A DNA stretch of 35,542 bases from Spirogloea muscicola. Taxonomy: Eukaryota. The stretch's first letter is position 1. Every line of letters begins with the position of its first letter. The stretch is taken from positions 1,119,650 to 1,155,191 of the forward strand of contig WELB01000003.1 in NCBI GenBank assembly GCA_009602725.1. Direction: 5' to 3'. A model generated the notes under the pieces. It ran no database searches and had not been told where the DNA came from. It saw nothing but the letters and a program-made list of their open reading frames with translations. The translations under genes were made by a program, and so were the position numbers. Shown one piece after another: positions 10,718 through 21,330 of this stretch.

Positions 10718-11054
10718 TTGAGAGCCCTGTTCTTTGCCCAGCCTGCAGCTTCACAGCGTGTAGATACAAATCTGATCCGCATGCACCGGCTGACTTTCAC
10801 AGCCGCTTCCTTAGGGGAGTCAGAGACCAGAGACGGGCAGGAACTGAACCGAATGCGGCTGCTGTATAAAGAAGAGAAAGAGTGACGCGGCTGCAATATC
10901 AAAAGAGCGGCTGTAAAAGCCAGCCAGGTGCATCCAGAGGGTGTTCATAACTATATAGCGAAGAAAGGCGTGCAAAGCGCATGAATGCGAGGCCAAATTC
11001 GAGCCTAAATGACGTCCTGGTAACGGGCAATATGCTGGCTAAGGGGTTCTTTGG

Positions 11055-11547
11055 TACCCACGAGTGAGCACATACATCTCCGACAAGCTAAGCTGAGGAG
11101 CCAGAGCTCTGGAGAGAAAGAGCTTTTCCAAAACGACGGCATTGGTTGCGAGAGGCCTGCCCAAAAGAATGGACAAGGTTTGAAAAGGCCGGATGGCGCA
11201 AAAAGCAGGATTCGAGTCTCCGAGACGTCAGTAAGTGGGCTCTCAACAACCTCTACTTAATAAGTGCCAGAGCACCACCACGCAAGCGTTACCCTGGCCT
11301 AGTGCGCCCCCAGCACGCTAGTGTATTGCGAGTGCCTGGAAGCGCTGCAGGCCCAGTGACAGCCGCATTCTGTAGCAAGCACCTACTGCTTGCGGGACGC
11401 TGGAATGGCCTGAGCTACCCGCCAGACAGACTACGACGGCAGGCATCGACAAGCTGTGCCAGGCCGTGGAGGAGGCTCTTCGGCTCTTTGGACCTTGTCC
11501 ATTCTGTTTGAGCTGGCCTTTCCAGCAACCTTCTTAAATTGGGCTAG

Positions 11548-11633
<86 letters not shown>

Positions 11634-11634
11634 N

Positions 11635-11732
<98 letters not shown>

Positions 11733-11885
11733 CCTCTCTCTCTCTCTAAGCGCCCTGTCTGCCTAGCCTGTTGATCTGCTATAGTAGGATTCTTCTTTCC
11801 CCACCCAGGATTCTTCTTTCCTTGTCCATTTCTTTTGGGCTGGCCTCTCCCAGCCACCAGTCAATCTGGCCGCGCTTGCTCTATA
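11055..11885. repeat. Second cluster of the unclassified repeat family
   Basis: 11143-11195 is inverted relative to 11478-11530. 11805-11885 is a direct copy of 7125-7205. 11055-11107 plus 11266-11335 are paralogous to 12405-12520. Confidence 0.75.
11549..11747. repeat. (CT)n/(GA)n microsatellite, ~200 bp, with one N at 11634
   Basis: Direct reading; true length uncertain because of the N junction. Confidence 0.97.
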
Positions 11886-12142
11886 GTAGCAGCTGCTACT
11901 GTAAAGATGGAAGAAAATGGATTTCTTTGTTCTTGCGTAGCAATGTATTAGTCCTTTTGACTTTTAATTACTTCATTATTACTTGTTGCATTATTACTTG
12001 TTTTAATTTGGTCTTTCTTACAAGTATATCATCAAACAGCAAATAGTGGTCCCGCAAAAAATCCAACCGCAACCATGGATACATAAAAATATTGTGTTTA
12101 TTCTACGAATTTGTCTGTGGCTCAACTCCTCGCATGCGCCAT

Positions 12143-12400
12143 GGAAGAAAGAGCTCGCCCATTAAGGATAGGGGCTGGAACAGCCAGCCCAAAAAAGAAT
12201 GCGCCATAGACCTTTCCGGCATTCAAGCACGAGACTAAAGAAAGAAGTGGCACTCCCAATGGGTCCAGCCCATTGGGTCCAGCCCAAGAAAAATGCGTGT
12301 ATATTAAGAGATGGGGAGGCCATGTGTGGCCAAGTACAAAGGCAAGCACATTGGCCCAAGGGGTCCAGCCCCTATCCTCAATGGGCGAGCCCTTTCTTTC
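12143..12400. mobile_element. MITE-like element (258 bp) with 37-bp terminal inverted repeats
   Basis: 12143-12179 GGAAGAAAGAGCTCGCCCATTAAGGATAGGGGCTGGA vs revcomp of 12364-12400: 34/37 identical. Non-coding interior; no TSD recognised. Confidence 0.7.
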
Positions 12401-12617
12401 TACTAGTATCCCCGAGTGAGCACATGCATATCTGACAAGCTGTACTGAGGAGCCAAACCACCACCACGGGAGCCACCAGCCTGGGCTAATGCACGACCAG
12501 CACGCTGGTGAATCGCGAGAAGAAAGCGAAAAAGGGGACCAAAGTGAAAGGGACCCCCAGTCATCAAAACGCCGTCTCTACCCGCAGCCCGGCGGGCACT
12601 GGGGGGGGGGCTGGGGC

Positions 12618-12852
12618 CTGACGCGTCAGCCGTTGCCGCCGCCCTCCCAGCCGTAGCGCCACGTGTTTCCCCACGCGGCGGCCTCAGCGCACCCCGCGGT
12701 CTTATGGGCCAATCGTCGGCCGGGACTGCCCGCCGGCACGCGCCCTGTACGGCCGCCACGTCACGGCCGTGCTGACACGCGGCGCCCCGACGAGCCGTCC
12801 CTGCTATCCGGGCCAAGGCCCCCCCCTCTGGCCCGATCCGCGTGCAGCCGAC
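12618..12852 (+). promoter_or_regulatory. Putative PMP3 proximal promoter with G-box/ABRE-like and DRE/CRT-core motifs
   Basis: CTGACGCGTCAG palindrome 12618-12629, CACGTG 12660-12665, CCAAT 12709-12713, GTCGGC 12715-12720, GCCACGTCA 12755-12763, GCCGAC 12847-12852. High GC inflates chance matches. Confidence 0.4.
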
Positions 12853-12892
12853 AAAGCCTTTCCCATTGCCACGGTCTCCTGTCGATACCGTT

Positions 12893-12899
12893 GCCGCCG

Positions 12900-12947
<48 letters not shown>
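12893..12947 (+). repeat. (GCC)n trinucleotide tract in the PMP3 5' leader
   Basis: About 18 GCC units ending ~11 nt before the ATG. Confidence 0.95.
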
Positions 12948-12948
<1 letters not shown>

Positions 12949-12958
12949 AGTCGCAGCC

Positions 12959-13586
12959 ATGGGCAATGGTGCCGTCAGGTGCGTCCACTTGCCGTCACAT
13001 TCGGCGCCGACGCCGGCTTCCTTTGTGCGCCGTGCTGCGACGTGCACGGTTGCGCGTTGTCGCTGAGGGCCTCCCGAGGCGCTCTCCTCCAGCCGCTGTG
13101 CTGAGGAAGCGCCTAGCTGCCCTGGCTCCAGCTTCCCTTGCTGCCCGGCAGTGGTGCCTGCGGCCTGCGCTGCCGCTCCTGTCTGGACGTTCGTTCCAAA
13201 CCGATGACGGTGGCTCCTTGTGCTGCTGCTCCCTGTTGTACAGCGAGGGGGCCGTGGACGTTTGCTCCGTGCTGCTCGCCATTCTCCTCCCGCCGCTTGG
13301 CGTGTTCCTCAAGGTGAAGCTCCTGCCTTTGTCCACAGCTCTTTTCTGTTGCAACTTACTTGACCAGTTTCAGGTCTGACTTTCGAATGCACGGGGTCTT
13401 GCTCTCTCGCGGCCGCTTAAGGATGTCCTTTTGCTCTTTGACACTGACCTTCTAACGTCGATATGGCTGGCCATTGGGCTACAGAGGGAGTGCCGGATCG
13501 AATTCTGGATATGCGTACTCCTCACCATTCTTGGCTATATTCCAGGCATCATCTATGCTCTGTGCATCATCTTCAGCTATGCTTAG
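12959..13586 (+). CDS. RCI2: PMP3/RCI2/LTI6-family small hydrophobic stress protein, 63 aa, 3 exons
   Basis: Exons 12959-12978, 13244-13313, 13485-13586 give MGNGAVSEGAVDVCSVLLAILLPPLGVFLKRECRIEFWICVLLTILGYIPGIIYALCIIFSYA*. Signatures AILLPPLGVF and EFWIC.LLT.LGYIPGIIYA. Confidence 0.93.
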
Positions 13587-14398
13587 AAGCCAAGGTATGC
13601 GCACTCCTTACCACTGCATTGACACATATCCGGCAGGAGGTCGTGTCGAGGTCATAATGGCAGGATTGGCCACCTTATCCACATGTTCCCTCAATTATGC
13701 AATGCCTGCAGATGCAGTACAGCAGTTAGCTGGGGCAGGTAGAGGCAGCTTACCAAGTCTGTCTCCTGCCTTGCAGATTCAAGGAGATGGCAATGGTTAC
13801 ATTCTCGCTACAATCCATCAATCAATAAGTCCAAGCTGCTGCAACCCATGACGAAGGCATTTGTAACATGCTTCGGAGGGATGTCAACCATACCAGCTGC
13901 TCAAACTGCTCAAATTACTGCTACTTGTAGACAGGCCTTAAGTGGTTATTCAAATGGTTGGTAGTAAATACTCACGAGGAAATTCTTCTGATCAATCGCT
14001 GACTCAGACTTGTAGTTTTGGAATTATTAGTGGTACACATTACCACGTTTGGTTCACAATTACAAATTCATCAATTGCTTTGACCAAGTCATGTACAAGG
14101 CATCTAGGTTTGAGGTTGCTCAGCTGTGGTGGCCTGCAAGCTATCACCACAAAAGCTCGATGTGTGCGATGAGCTCATGGGGAGCATGCATCAATCACTC
14201 AAGGAATTTGTAAACGCCTTTATTTCCTCTATTCCTTATGCTAGGTGGTCAGTAGCATCACTGAAGGTCAATGGATTGGGAGTGAGTGTTCGAAGTAAAC
14301 AATGATCTGTGCTATTGGTCACATAAAAGGACCTGGCCCTGCTCTGATTCTCATGTGTCATCACGCAAAAATGTGGGTTCTGTACAGTCCTATCTATA

Positions 14399-17300
14399 CT
14401 ACTTCGTTGGTAGCGTTGGAAGTCTTGCATCCATGGAACCACTTGAATTGCCGCTTTCAGTCATCAATTTATTGGAGTCCTGTGTCACAGGTTTACATTT
14501 GCCGATCAATCTGACGACCTCATCTGAAGTAGCCCTATTAAGTCTGAGAAAACATTAATTCTTTAAGTACGTCGATATGCATGTTGTCACACTGACAGTG
14601 AATTCTACACGATGAGCTATGTGCACTATATGATGGCAGCCTCCTAATCAATCAATTCCTAGCAATCCTGGCTACCAGAGGTGACTGACCTCCATTCCGT
14701 ATTTCATGTATTCAGCTGATTCGCAGGCCTTGTACTCATCTGCCAAGCTCTGAAGAATCTCTTCAGAGTCATCAAACTCGCTCATGTCATTATTCTGCTC
14801 ACAAATTGCGTGCAAACAAAAACCTGGTCAGAAAATGTTAGTGGCAGATACAACCTTGCGTGCTCCAAGTGACCAAGCAATTTGCAAGATAATTCAATAT
14901 GAAAACCTATCTGGCAACCCTCTCAGTAAGCACTACTTCAGCTGCCTGATGCAATTCCAGGTCACAGTGGCCAATATGTAAAACTTGTGTTGCTTACCGC
15001 AAACATCGGATGCTTTGTGTAGGGTTCAATGAAGGCAGATCGTGCACGCAACTTCTGGTACTGGAAAAGTGTCTTCAAGAACAGGTGTCGTATGCTCGTA
15101 TGGTTTGCTAACATCAGACCGCTTACTCGATGTGAGGTATGCACATATGGTGACTTCCTCGACAGAGCTACCTGCAAGCAGATCCTGTAAGCTTGGTAAC
15201 TTGCTGTGACATGCAACAAGGGTGGCCCTATCACAAAGTGCATCATGCAGACGAAAGAGCACTATCATGTGCACAAGCAATATTACAAGGCACGTGTTGA
15301 TGCTCCTCTTTTTCTACCTAGCCCCAAGGTACTCTCTGCTTATTGAGTACAATGTGAAGGGGCTGATTAGTCAGAAGACCTGAATGCCTGCAGGACCCCA
15401 TTCAATGAAGTTTGCCAGCTTCCGTTCCCTTATGCGCTGGAGGCTTTTGTGCACCTAAAGTCATGCAGGTTCAGAAGTGCATCATTGTCCAGGCATCTGG
15501 GCAAGTCTACAGGAACATGTATGATGCCTAACGTGACTACAAACAGAACCGTCATTGCCCATGGCTTCAGAAGAAGCCTGCTCAGAAGGCTCCTAATGCC
15601 ATGCTATACTTATTCATGTTTTACATCAGTTACTTATGAGACAAGCCGAGCCCCAGACTGACCTGCGTCGGATCAACCTCCCCCTGGATGATGTTCAATA
15701 TGGAGATGTACTTTGCCAGGACAACCTCCCTTGGCTTGGCATAGGAAGACACCATTATGTTCTTGGACTTCCATGGGACAAAATAAAAGCAAAATGTGTT
15801 CAGAGATTCTACTCCCACTTATTCTTATCAGCCGTGAATTGTATGTTAGCTGGCTTCTGAAAATGCAAAGCGCAGAAAGCTCCTCTAGAGCCAAATATGT
15901 ATGACCTCGCTTCTATCAACTGCCAAGCAAGTCACCTGAAGCAGGCGCCGCATGACGTCAAGTACTGTGGTCTTCCTGACTGCGGTGGCCTGAGCAACCA
16001 CATGTGAAAAGCACACTATGAGCAAAACTTGGTCAGAATGAGGCTGCATTCGCATATGATTAAATGCAAAGACCTATTCGTGCACATAGCTAATACCTAT
16101 TCGGCAGTGACATGTGGCTCTGGTGTCTGCTCATAAAGGCATCTCAAATACCCATGCACATGCTGTCATAGCCAGCCAGGACCATGCACCTGAGTTTCGA
16201 CTGTCAGTGGTGTGTAGCCGGTCATAAGAAAGTGACACCGTGGGGTTGGAATAAGGGAGGCAAGCAGGCCCACGATGTCATTGTTCATGTACCCAGGGTA
16301 TCTCAAAGTGGTTGTACTAGCAGACATGACCGTTGACACCAGAGAATTTGTCTGCGCAAAGGTTGGGTTCTCAATGTGCAGCCTTTCAACGGCAATCCGG
16401 TTGAGGGCTGTGTTGTCCAAAACAACCACGCTGTCCATGACACCAAACTGAAGTGTTAAGTACCTCAACTATTTGCGTGTTCGGTTGCAAGCAGAGCACA
16501 ACTGCTGTGACATAAGTGAAGCTCAGTGGTGGCCTGATCCAGAGCATGCGCTCCTTAGATTGACGTTTTACTGGCAGCCAGCAATGCACTGCAGCCTTCA
16601 GCTACTAGATAACAGGAGACTGAGACGAGATTGTCAACCTGAACAAAGGGGAATGGGTAGCCAACCTGTCTGCATTGAGTGTCAGGCGTTTGAGCGTGAG
16701 CAAAGAGTTGTAAGGCTGAACAACCACATCGCTGGCCTCAGTCTGGTTCGGAAAGACGCTGTAAGTCTGGACAAGCTTCTTGCTGTACCGGTCATTGAGG
16801 GCCTCAAGGAGGTAGGAGCCCATCCCTGAGAAGCAGGACACTGGCACAGGTCAGGTCTACCGCGTCCTAGACACAGTACTTTATGGGAGTGTGGATACTT
16901 AAGTCACTTTCAAGCTGCCGGGCTCATTTGGTAGGACCTTTCGAATTCAGCACTATGATTGGGCTCAGTGGCCGGCTACAAAGTCTACGAGGTCATGAAG
17001 GCAATTGACACCTGCAAGATACATTCTGGACCTTGCTTACGGCAGTCAGCTTCACCAATAAGTACTTGACTTATTTAGAAGCTACTTCCTGGCAATTGGA
17101 GTGAGCCTGGTGGAGTAAACTGCCTACTGCCTGAAATAACTACCTTTGCCTTCTGTACCAGACTAGACAAGCCTTCACTTGAACGAATCTATGTAAAATC
17201 TGGTGTGTACGGCAGGACTGAAGACTCATTTAGGCAGCAGTAAGTGGTTACATATCGTCCATGTTGGAGCTTGACATGCGACCTGAGCCAGTGCCTCCAG

Positions 17301-17936
17301 CGATCGAGTGGCAGAACATGAATCCTTCAAGGCTGTCGCTGCCATCGGCCTCCCTATCCACCATGTCAAGAATCTCCTCCTCGAATTGTTGGGCCTGCAC
17401 GAAGCCAAATGGTCTCAGCGATAATAGCAGCTGTAGCAACTTAGCAAGACATCAAGCCCCTCGCAGCTTCCACTAAGCACATGCACGTGATCAGTGTCAC
17501 TATATCGAATATAAGCTTTGAGACTGGCCGAGCTATCGTAGATGGGAATGACGGTGTCATCATGCGGCAAGCTAACGATGGGCTTGAAGGAGGTCAGCAC
17601 CTGATGGTAGCCGCTGGCCCAGTTATTGCCCGCACCACCGCCGTGGTTGGCCACGAAGATGTTCTCGTGGTTGTACAGGTTCTTGTACTCGCCGTTCTGG
17701 ATGCCGTGGATCACACGGGGCTCCAAGTCCAGCAGGAGCGCGCGGGGGACGTAGTGCTCGTCGTCGGCCTGGTAGAAGAAGACGTCCTTGCGGTCGCCGC
17801 CCTGGGCGTGCGTCGCAAAGTCCTCGAGGATGCCGTCGCGGGCGATGCCGTGCTCCAGGCAGAGCTGCTTCCAGAACTCCATGCCAATCTGGTTGCCGCA
17901 TTGCCCCGCCTGCAGGGTGATGATCTCGCGCGGCAT
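14399..17936 (-). CDS. TUBG: Gamma-tubulin, 480 aa, 10 exons
   Basis: Exons 17936-17601, 17394-17283, 16825-16666, 16430-16190, 15989-15936, 15767-15663, 15454-15380, 15171-14998, 14794-14690, 14479-14399. Motifs [65 protein letters not shown]; plant-like tail [20 protein letters not shown]. Confidence 0.98.
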
Positions 17937-18543
17937 CGCCGCCGGTGCGCCGCCGCTTCCGCGGCGGTGCTTCCCGGCAGCAGCAGCAGCAGCGGCAGGC
18001 AGGGCGGCCGTGCGCCGCCGCCGTCGGCAGCCGCGCAGCGGGAGCTCGCNGGACACCAGGCCCCGCTAACCCCGCCAGGAGACCGGCCGTACCCCCCCCC
18101 CCGTTCAGCCGGTTGCCCCGATGTATGGACCTACGCGCAACTTGTCCACCCGTTAGAGGCAGCTTAGCGGGATGTTAGCGGGGGTGACGGGGAAGGCCGG
18201 GCCGAGATGAAGAAAAGGCAGAGCCAACGGCTGGGTTGGCTACGATGTCCTCCCGCGCAAATCCAATACGATCTCAAATACCACCCCCCCCCGCCGCCAC
18301 CGCCTTCACCGCCGCCGCCGCCGCCGCCGCCGTCTTCGCCGCCGCCGCCGTCTTCGCCGCCGCAGTCTTCATCGCGGCCGCCGCCGCCGCCTCCGTCGCC
18401 GCCGCCGCCGCCGCCGCCGCTGCCTTCCTCGCGCTGCTTCGGCGCTCTCGGCTTCCTGCTGTCGGCTCCCGCCCTCGCGGAGCTCCCGCGGCTCCCCTGT
18501 GTCTCGCAGAGCCTGCTGCCGGGCACCGCCACTCGCCGCCAAG
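17937..18543. promoter_or_regulatory. Putative bidirectional promoter shared by TUBG and NUF2, with MSA-like (AACGG) motifs
   Basis: Head-to-head ATGs 607 bp apart. AACGG cores at 18101-18105 (-), 18148-18157 (-, TCTAACGGGT) and 18223-18232 (+, GCCAACGGCT). Confidence 0.65.
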
Positions 18544-20912
18544 ATGCCGTTCACGTTCCCCGAGATCACGCGCAAGGAGATCCTGGCATGCATGGGCGAC
18601 CTGGAGGTGCCGCTGTCGGACGGCGACCTGCTGAAGCCGACGATGGAGGCCATCCGGCCGGTGTACGAGTCCGTCGTCACGCTGCTCATGGGCATCAGCC
18701 GCGAGGAGCTGCACCAGCCCGTGTTCTCGGCCATCGACGCCCTCGAGTTCCCGGAGCTCCACGAGGAGTCCATCGCCTGCCTGGCCTTCAACCGCGCCGT
18801 CACCAAGCTCATGTACGTCGCCGGCGTCGAGGACTTCACGCTGCGCGACCTGTACAAGCCCGAGGCCAACCGGACGATGCGCAACCTGGCCGCCATCATC
18901 AACTTCGCCCGCTTCAGGTCCTCATCTTGCCCTGACGCGCTTCTGCTCCTGCTCCTGCTGCTCTTTCCTCATGGTCGAGGCTCAGCAGCTATCGCCAGTA
19001 CATATGCTCTGGTGGTTTGGGTCAGCCATGGCTGGCCGGCTGGCTAGGTGCTCAAGCTTGAGTCACACCCGGACTTGCATTGGAGCTCGGTCGCAGGGAG
19101 GAGCGGCTGGATCGCTACCAGGAGCTGCAGAGCAAGTCCGACGCGCTGCTTGAGAAGAAGCAGGCGCTGGAGGAGGCAAACATGCAGCTGGCTGCGGAGC
19201 TCAAGCAGATGGAGGTCGCGCGTGCTGCTGAGGAGCCCGCTGTCGCGGCCCTCGAGGCCGAAACCCAAGACCTCGTGTCCCAGATTGCTGGCCTCAATAA
19301 GCACCAGGCCCAGCTGGCCGCTGAGGTCCGCACGCTGAAGCAGACGGCCACAGAGTTGTCTGACAAGGTGAGCACTCGAATTCTTTGCCTGCATATGTTC
19401 TGCAAACGACATGAAGCAGGCGGATGTTGTCTTGCAAAGGACTTGGCCAGTAAGATTTACACAAGGATTGAGGGCGCCCTGATGGTTGCATCTTAACAGG
19501 TCGCAAACGAGAAGTTTCTGCTCCTGAACGCGAGGCAGGAGGCCGTGCGACTCAAGGCAGAGATTGTGGAATCACCAGAGAAGCTGCAGGTCTGCCCTCT
19601 GGCTCCCAGAAATTTCCAGTTAGGGTGTCTGCTGGCCTGATAACGGCCAAGCGTAAGCACGCACGGTGCCTACTGGAGTTGCAGCGCACCCTGGACGAGC
19701 TGAGCTCCTCTGTGGAGCGGGAGCGAGCTGCTGTTGGAGATGCAGAGCGACGTGCCAGGGACCTGCAGAGCAAGCTGGACTGTGTGGCCAAGGTTTGCAC
19801 TGAGAACCCCACTAAGGTGTAGGTGCTTACAATTGCTCACAGATTAGCAACAAATTGGTGGTGGTAAAGTACAACTACTTCTGGCGCAGACGGCTCATGT
19901 ATAATGATCGTCCAGGCAACAGCACATGATTATACATTGTTGGCGAGGTGGCGGCGATTGTGTGTCACAGGTTGAGAGGGAGGTGCAGAAATGCATAGGC
20001 ATGATGCAGGAGGCTGAGGCAGAGGTGATGCAAAAACCCACTTCTTATTATGCTACAAGGCCAGGTTGCATGGGGAGCAACCATGCCAGCTTGCCCCTCC
20101 TGCCGATGCTGCTGGCCATACGTTGATCAGGTTCTCACAGGTTCTCCTGAACGACCATGGCAGATCACCAAGCACAAGGAGGTGTCAAAGAAGGTGAAGG
20201 GCGTCCAAGCAAAGATAAAAGTTGATGAGGATGAGGTCTGGCGGCTTGCAGCCGAGCACCAGCACCTGGAGCGGCAGGGTATGTTGGCCCTCTCGCTTTG
20301 TGCTCGTCACTGCTGAGCTCTGCCCAGGGGTGCCTCAGAGCCTGGACTGATGGCCACGTGCTGCGCCTATGTGTATGTGGCAGCACAAGCAGCAATGGAG
20401 CGGCTGCAGAAGTTCCGGCAGCAAAGTGCTGGGAGGCGAGAGGCTGCCGAGCGCAAGTTAGAGGCAGCACGGGCACAGGGCAGTGTGGCTGAGGTGGAGA
20501 ACGAGGCTACACTCGCAAAGGCAAGCGAGACCCAAGCCAAGGTACGCCGCCGCTTCTGTGGTCGCTATATGGCAACTTCGGAGAATAAATGTGAAACTAT
20601 TAGTGGTGTTACAGCTTGAGGAGGCCTCTGAATTAACCTTTTCTCTTGAAGCAGAGTGAGGCGATGTACAAGAGCATCGAGAGTGACCGAGCAGAGCACG
20701 AGCGTGAGATGGTCGCAATGATTGCCCAATTTGACGCCCTCCAAACGCAGGTCTGGAAAATATGACCTTGACGGCTTCCTGTTACTTGTGAGTTGCTGTT
20801 GCTCACTGGCTGTTAGTCTCACCTAGAATGATCACGGGCTCCTGTGCAGGTGCATGAGTACCATCAGCGACTGGCTGCCGTAATGGAAGAGGTGCCCCCT
20901 TTGAGCATCTAA
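18544..20912 (+). CDS. NUF2: Kinetochore protein NUF2 (NDC80 complex), 442 aa, 9 exons
   Basis: Exons 18544-18917, 19097-19367, 19500-19589, 19685-19792, 19971-20024, 20164-20278, 20384-20541, 20655-20750, 20850-20912. N-terminal FP..EI..C...DLLKPT, DFTLRDLYKP..RT.RNL.AIINFARFREE, IVESPEKL and a long coiled coil. Confidence 0.95.
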
Positions 20913-21330
20913 AACGGCGGCTGTCAAGGAGTGTAATTCCAAATTGTTGTCACGAACCTGTAAAGTACACAATAGTCTGACCTGCATCCAAGATGGTCCT
21001 GAGAGATGTAGGCCCTTGCTCCATGAGCCTGTAGTGGGCACTGCAGCCATGATATTCTTTCACATCGAAGAACAAGGGCAACCTTGCTTGCATATGGAGC
21101 ATGCCATTTGCTTGCAAGTGGTGGGATGTCATTGAAGGCACTTAAGCACTACAGGCACAGCACCTCGTCATAAACTCACACCTTAAACTTGTAATAGGTA
21201 GATAAGGGTGTACAATCGGAACTGATTGTCTTTAGCAATCTGTAAGCAGTTGTTTATCTCCAGTTGTTTATCTCGACCTACGTCACAACCTACTTGTTAG
21301 AAAAGAATAGGATTCAAAGGAATGGGCAAG

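Noticed and set aside
10718..11050. Possible coding remnant right of the 3' LTR
   Set aside because: All frames are interrupted and no motif was recognised; cannot be assigned without a search
11456..11857. Poly-SL and poly-ER ORFs
   Set aside because: Translations of the (CT)n microsatellite
16431..16670. GACAG repeated at both ends of gamma-tubulin intron 3, suggesting an introner with a TSD
   Set aside because: Largely explained by the AG/GT and CAG/ splice consensus; I saw no sequence similarity between introns
17800..17825. Two-residue insertion (HA) in gamma-tubulin FATHAQGGD
   Set aside because: Falls in a variable surface loop; no basis for a functional claim
18164..18935. Extensin-like poly-Pro, poly-Gly and poly-Ala ORFs upstream of or overlapping NUF2 (likewise 12403-13379)
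   Set aside because: Produced by stop-free (GCC)n leaders in GC-rich DNA; no domain content
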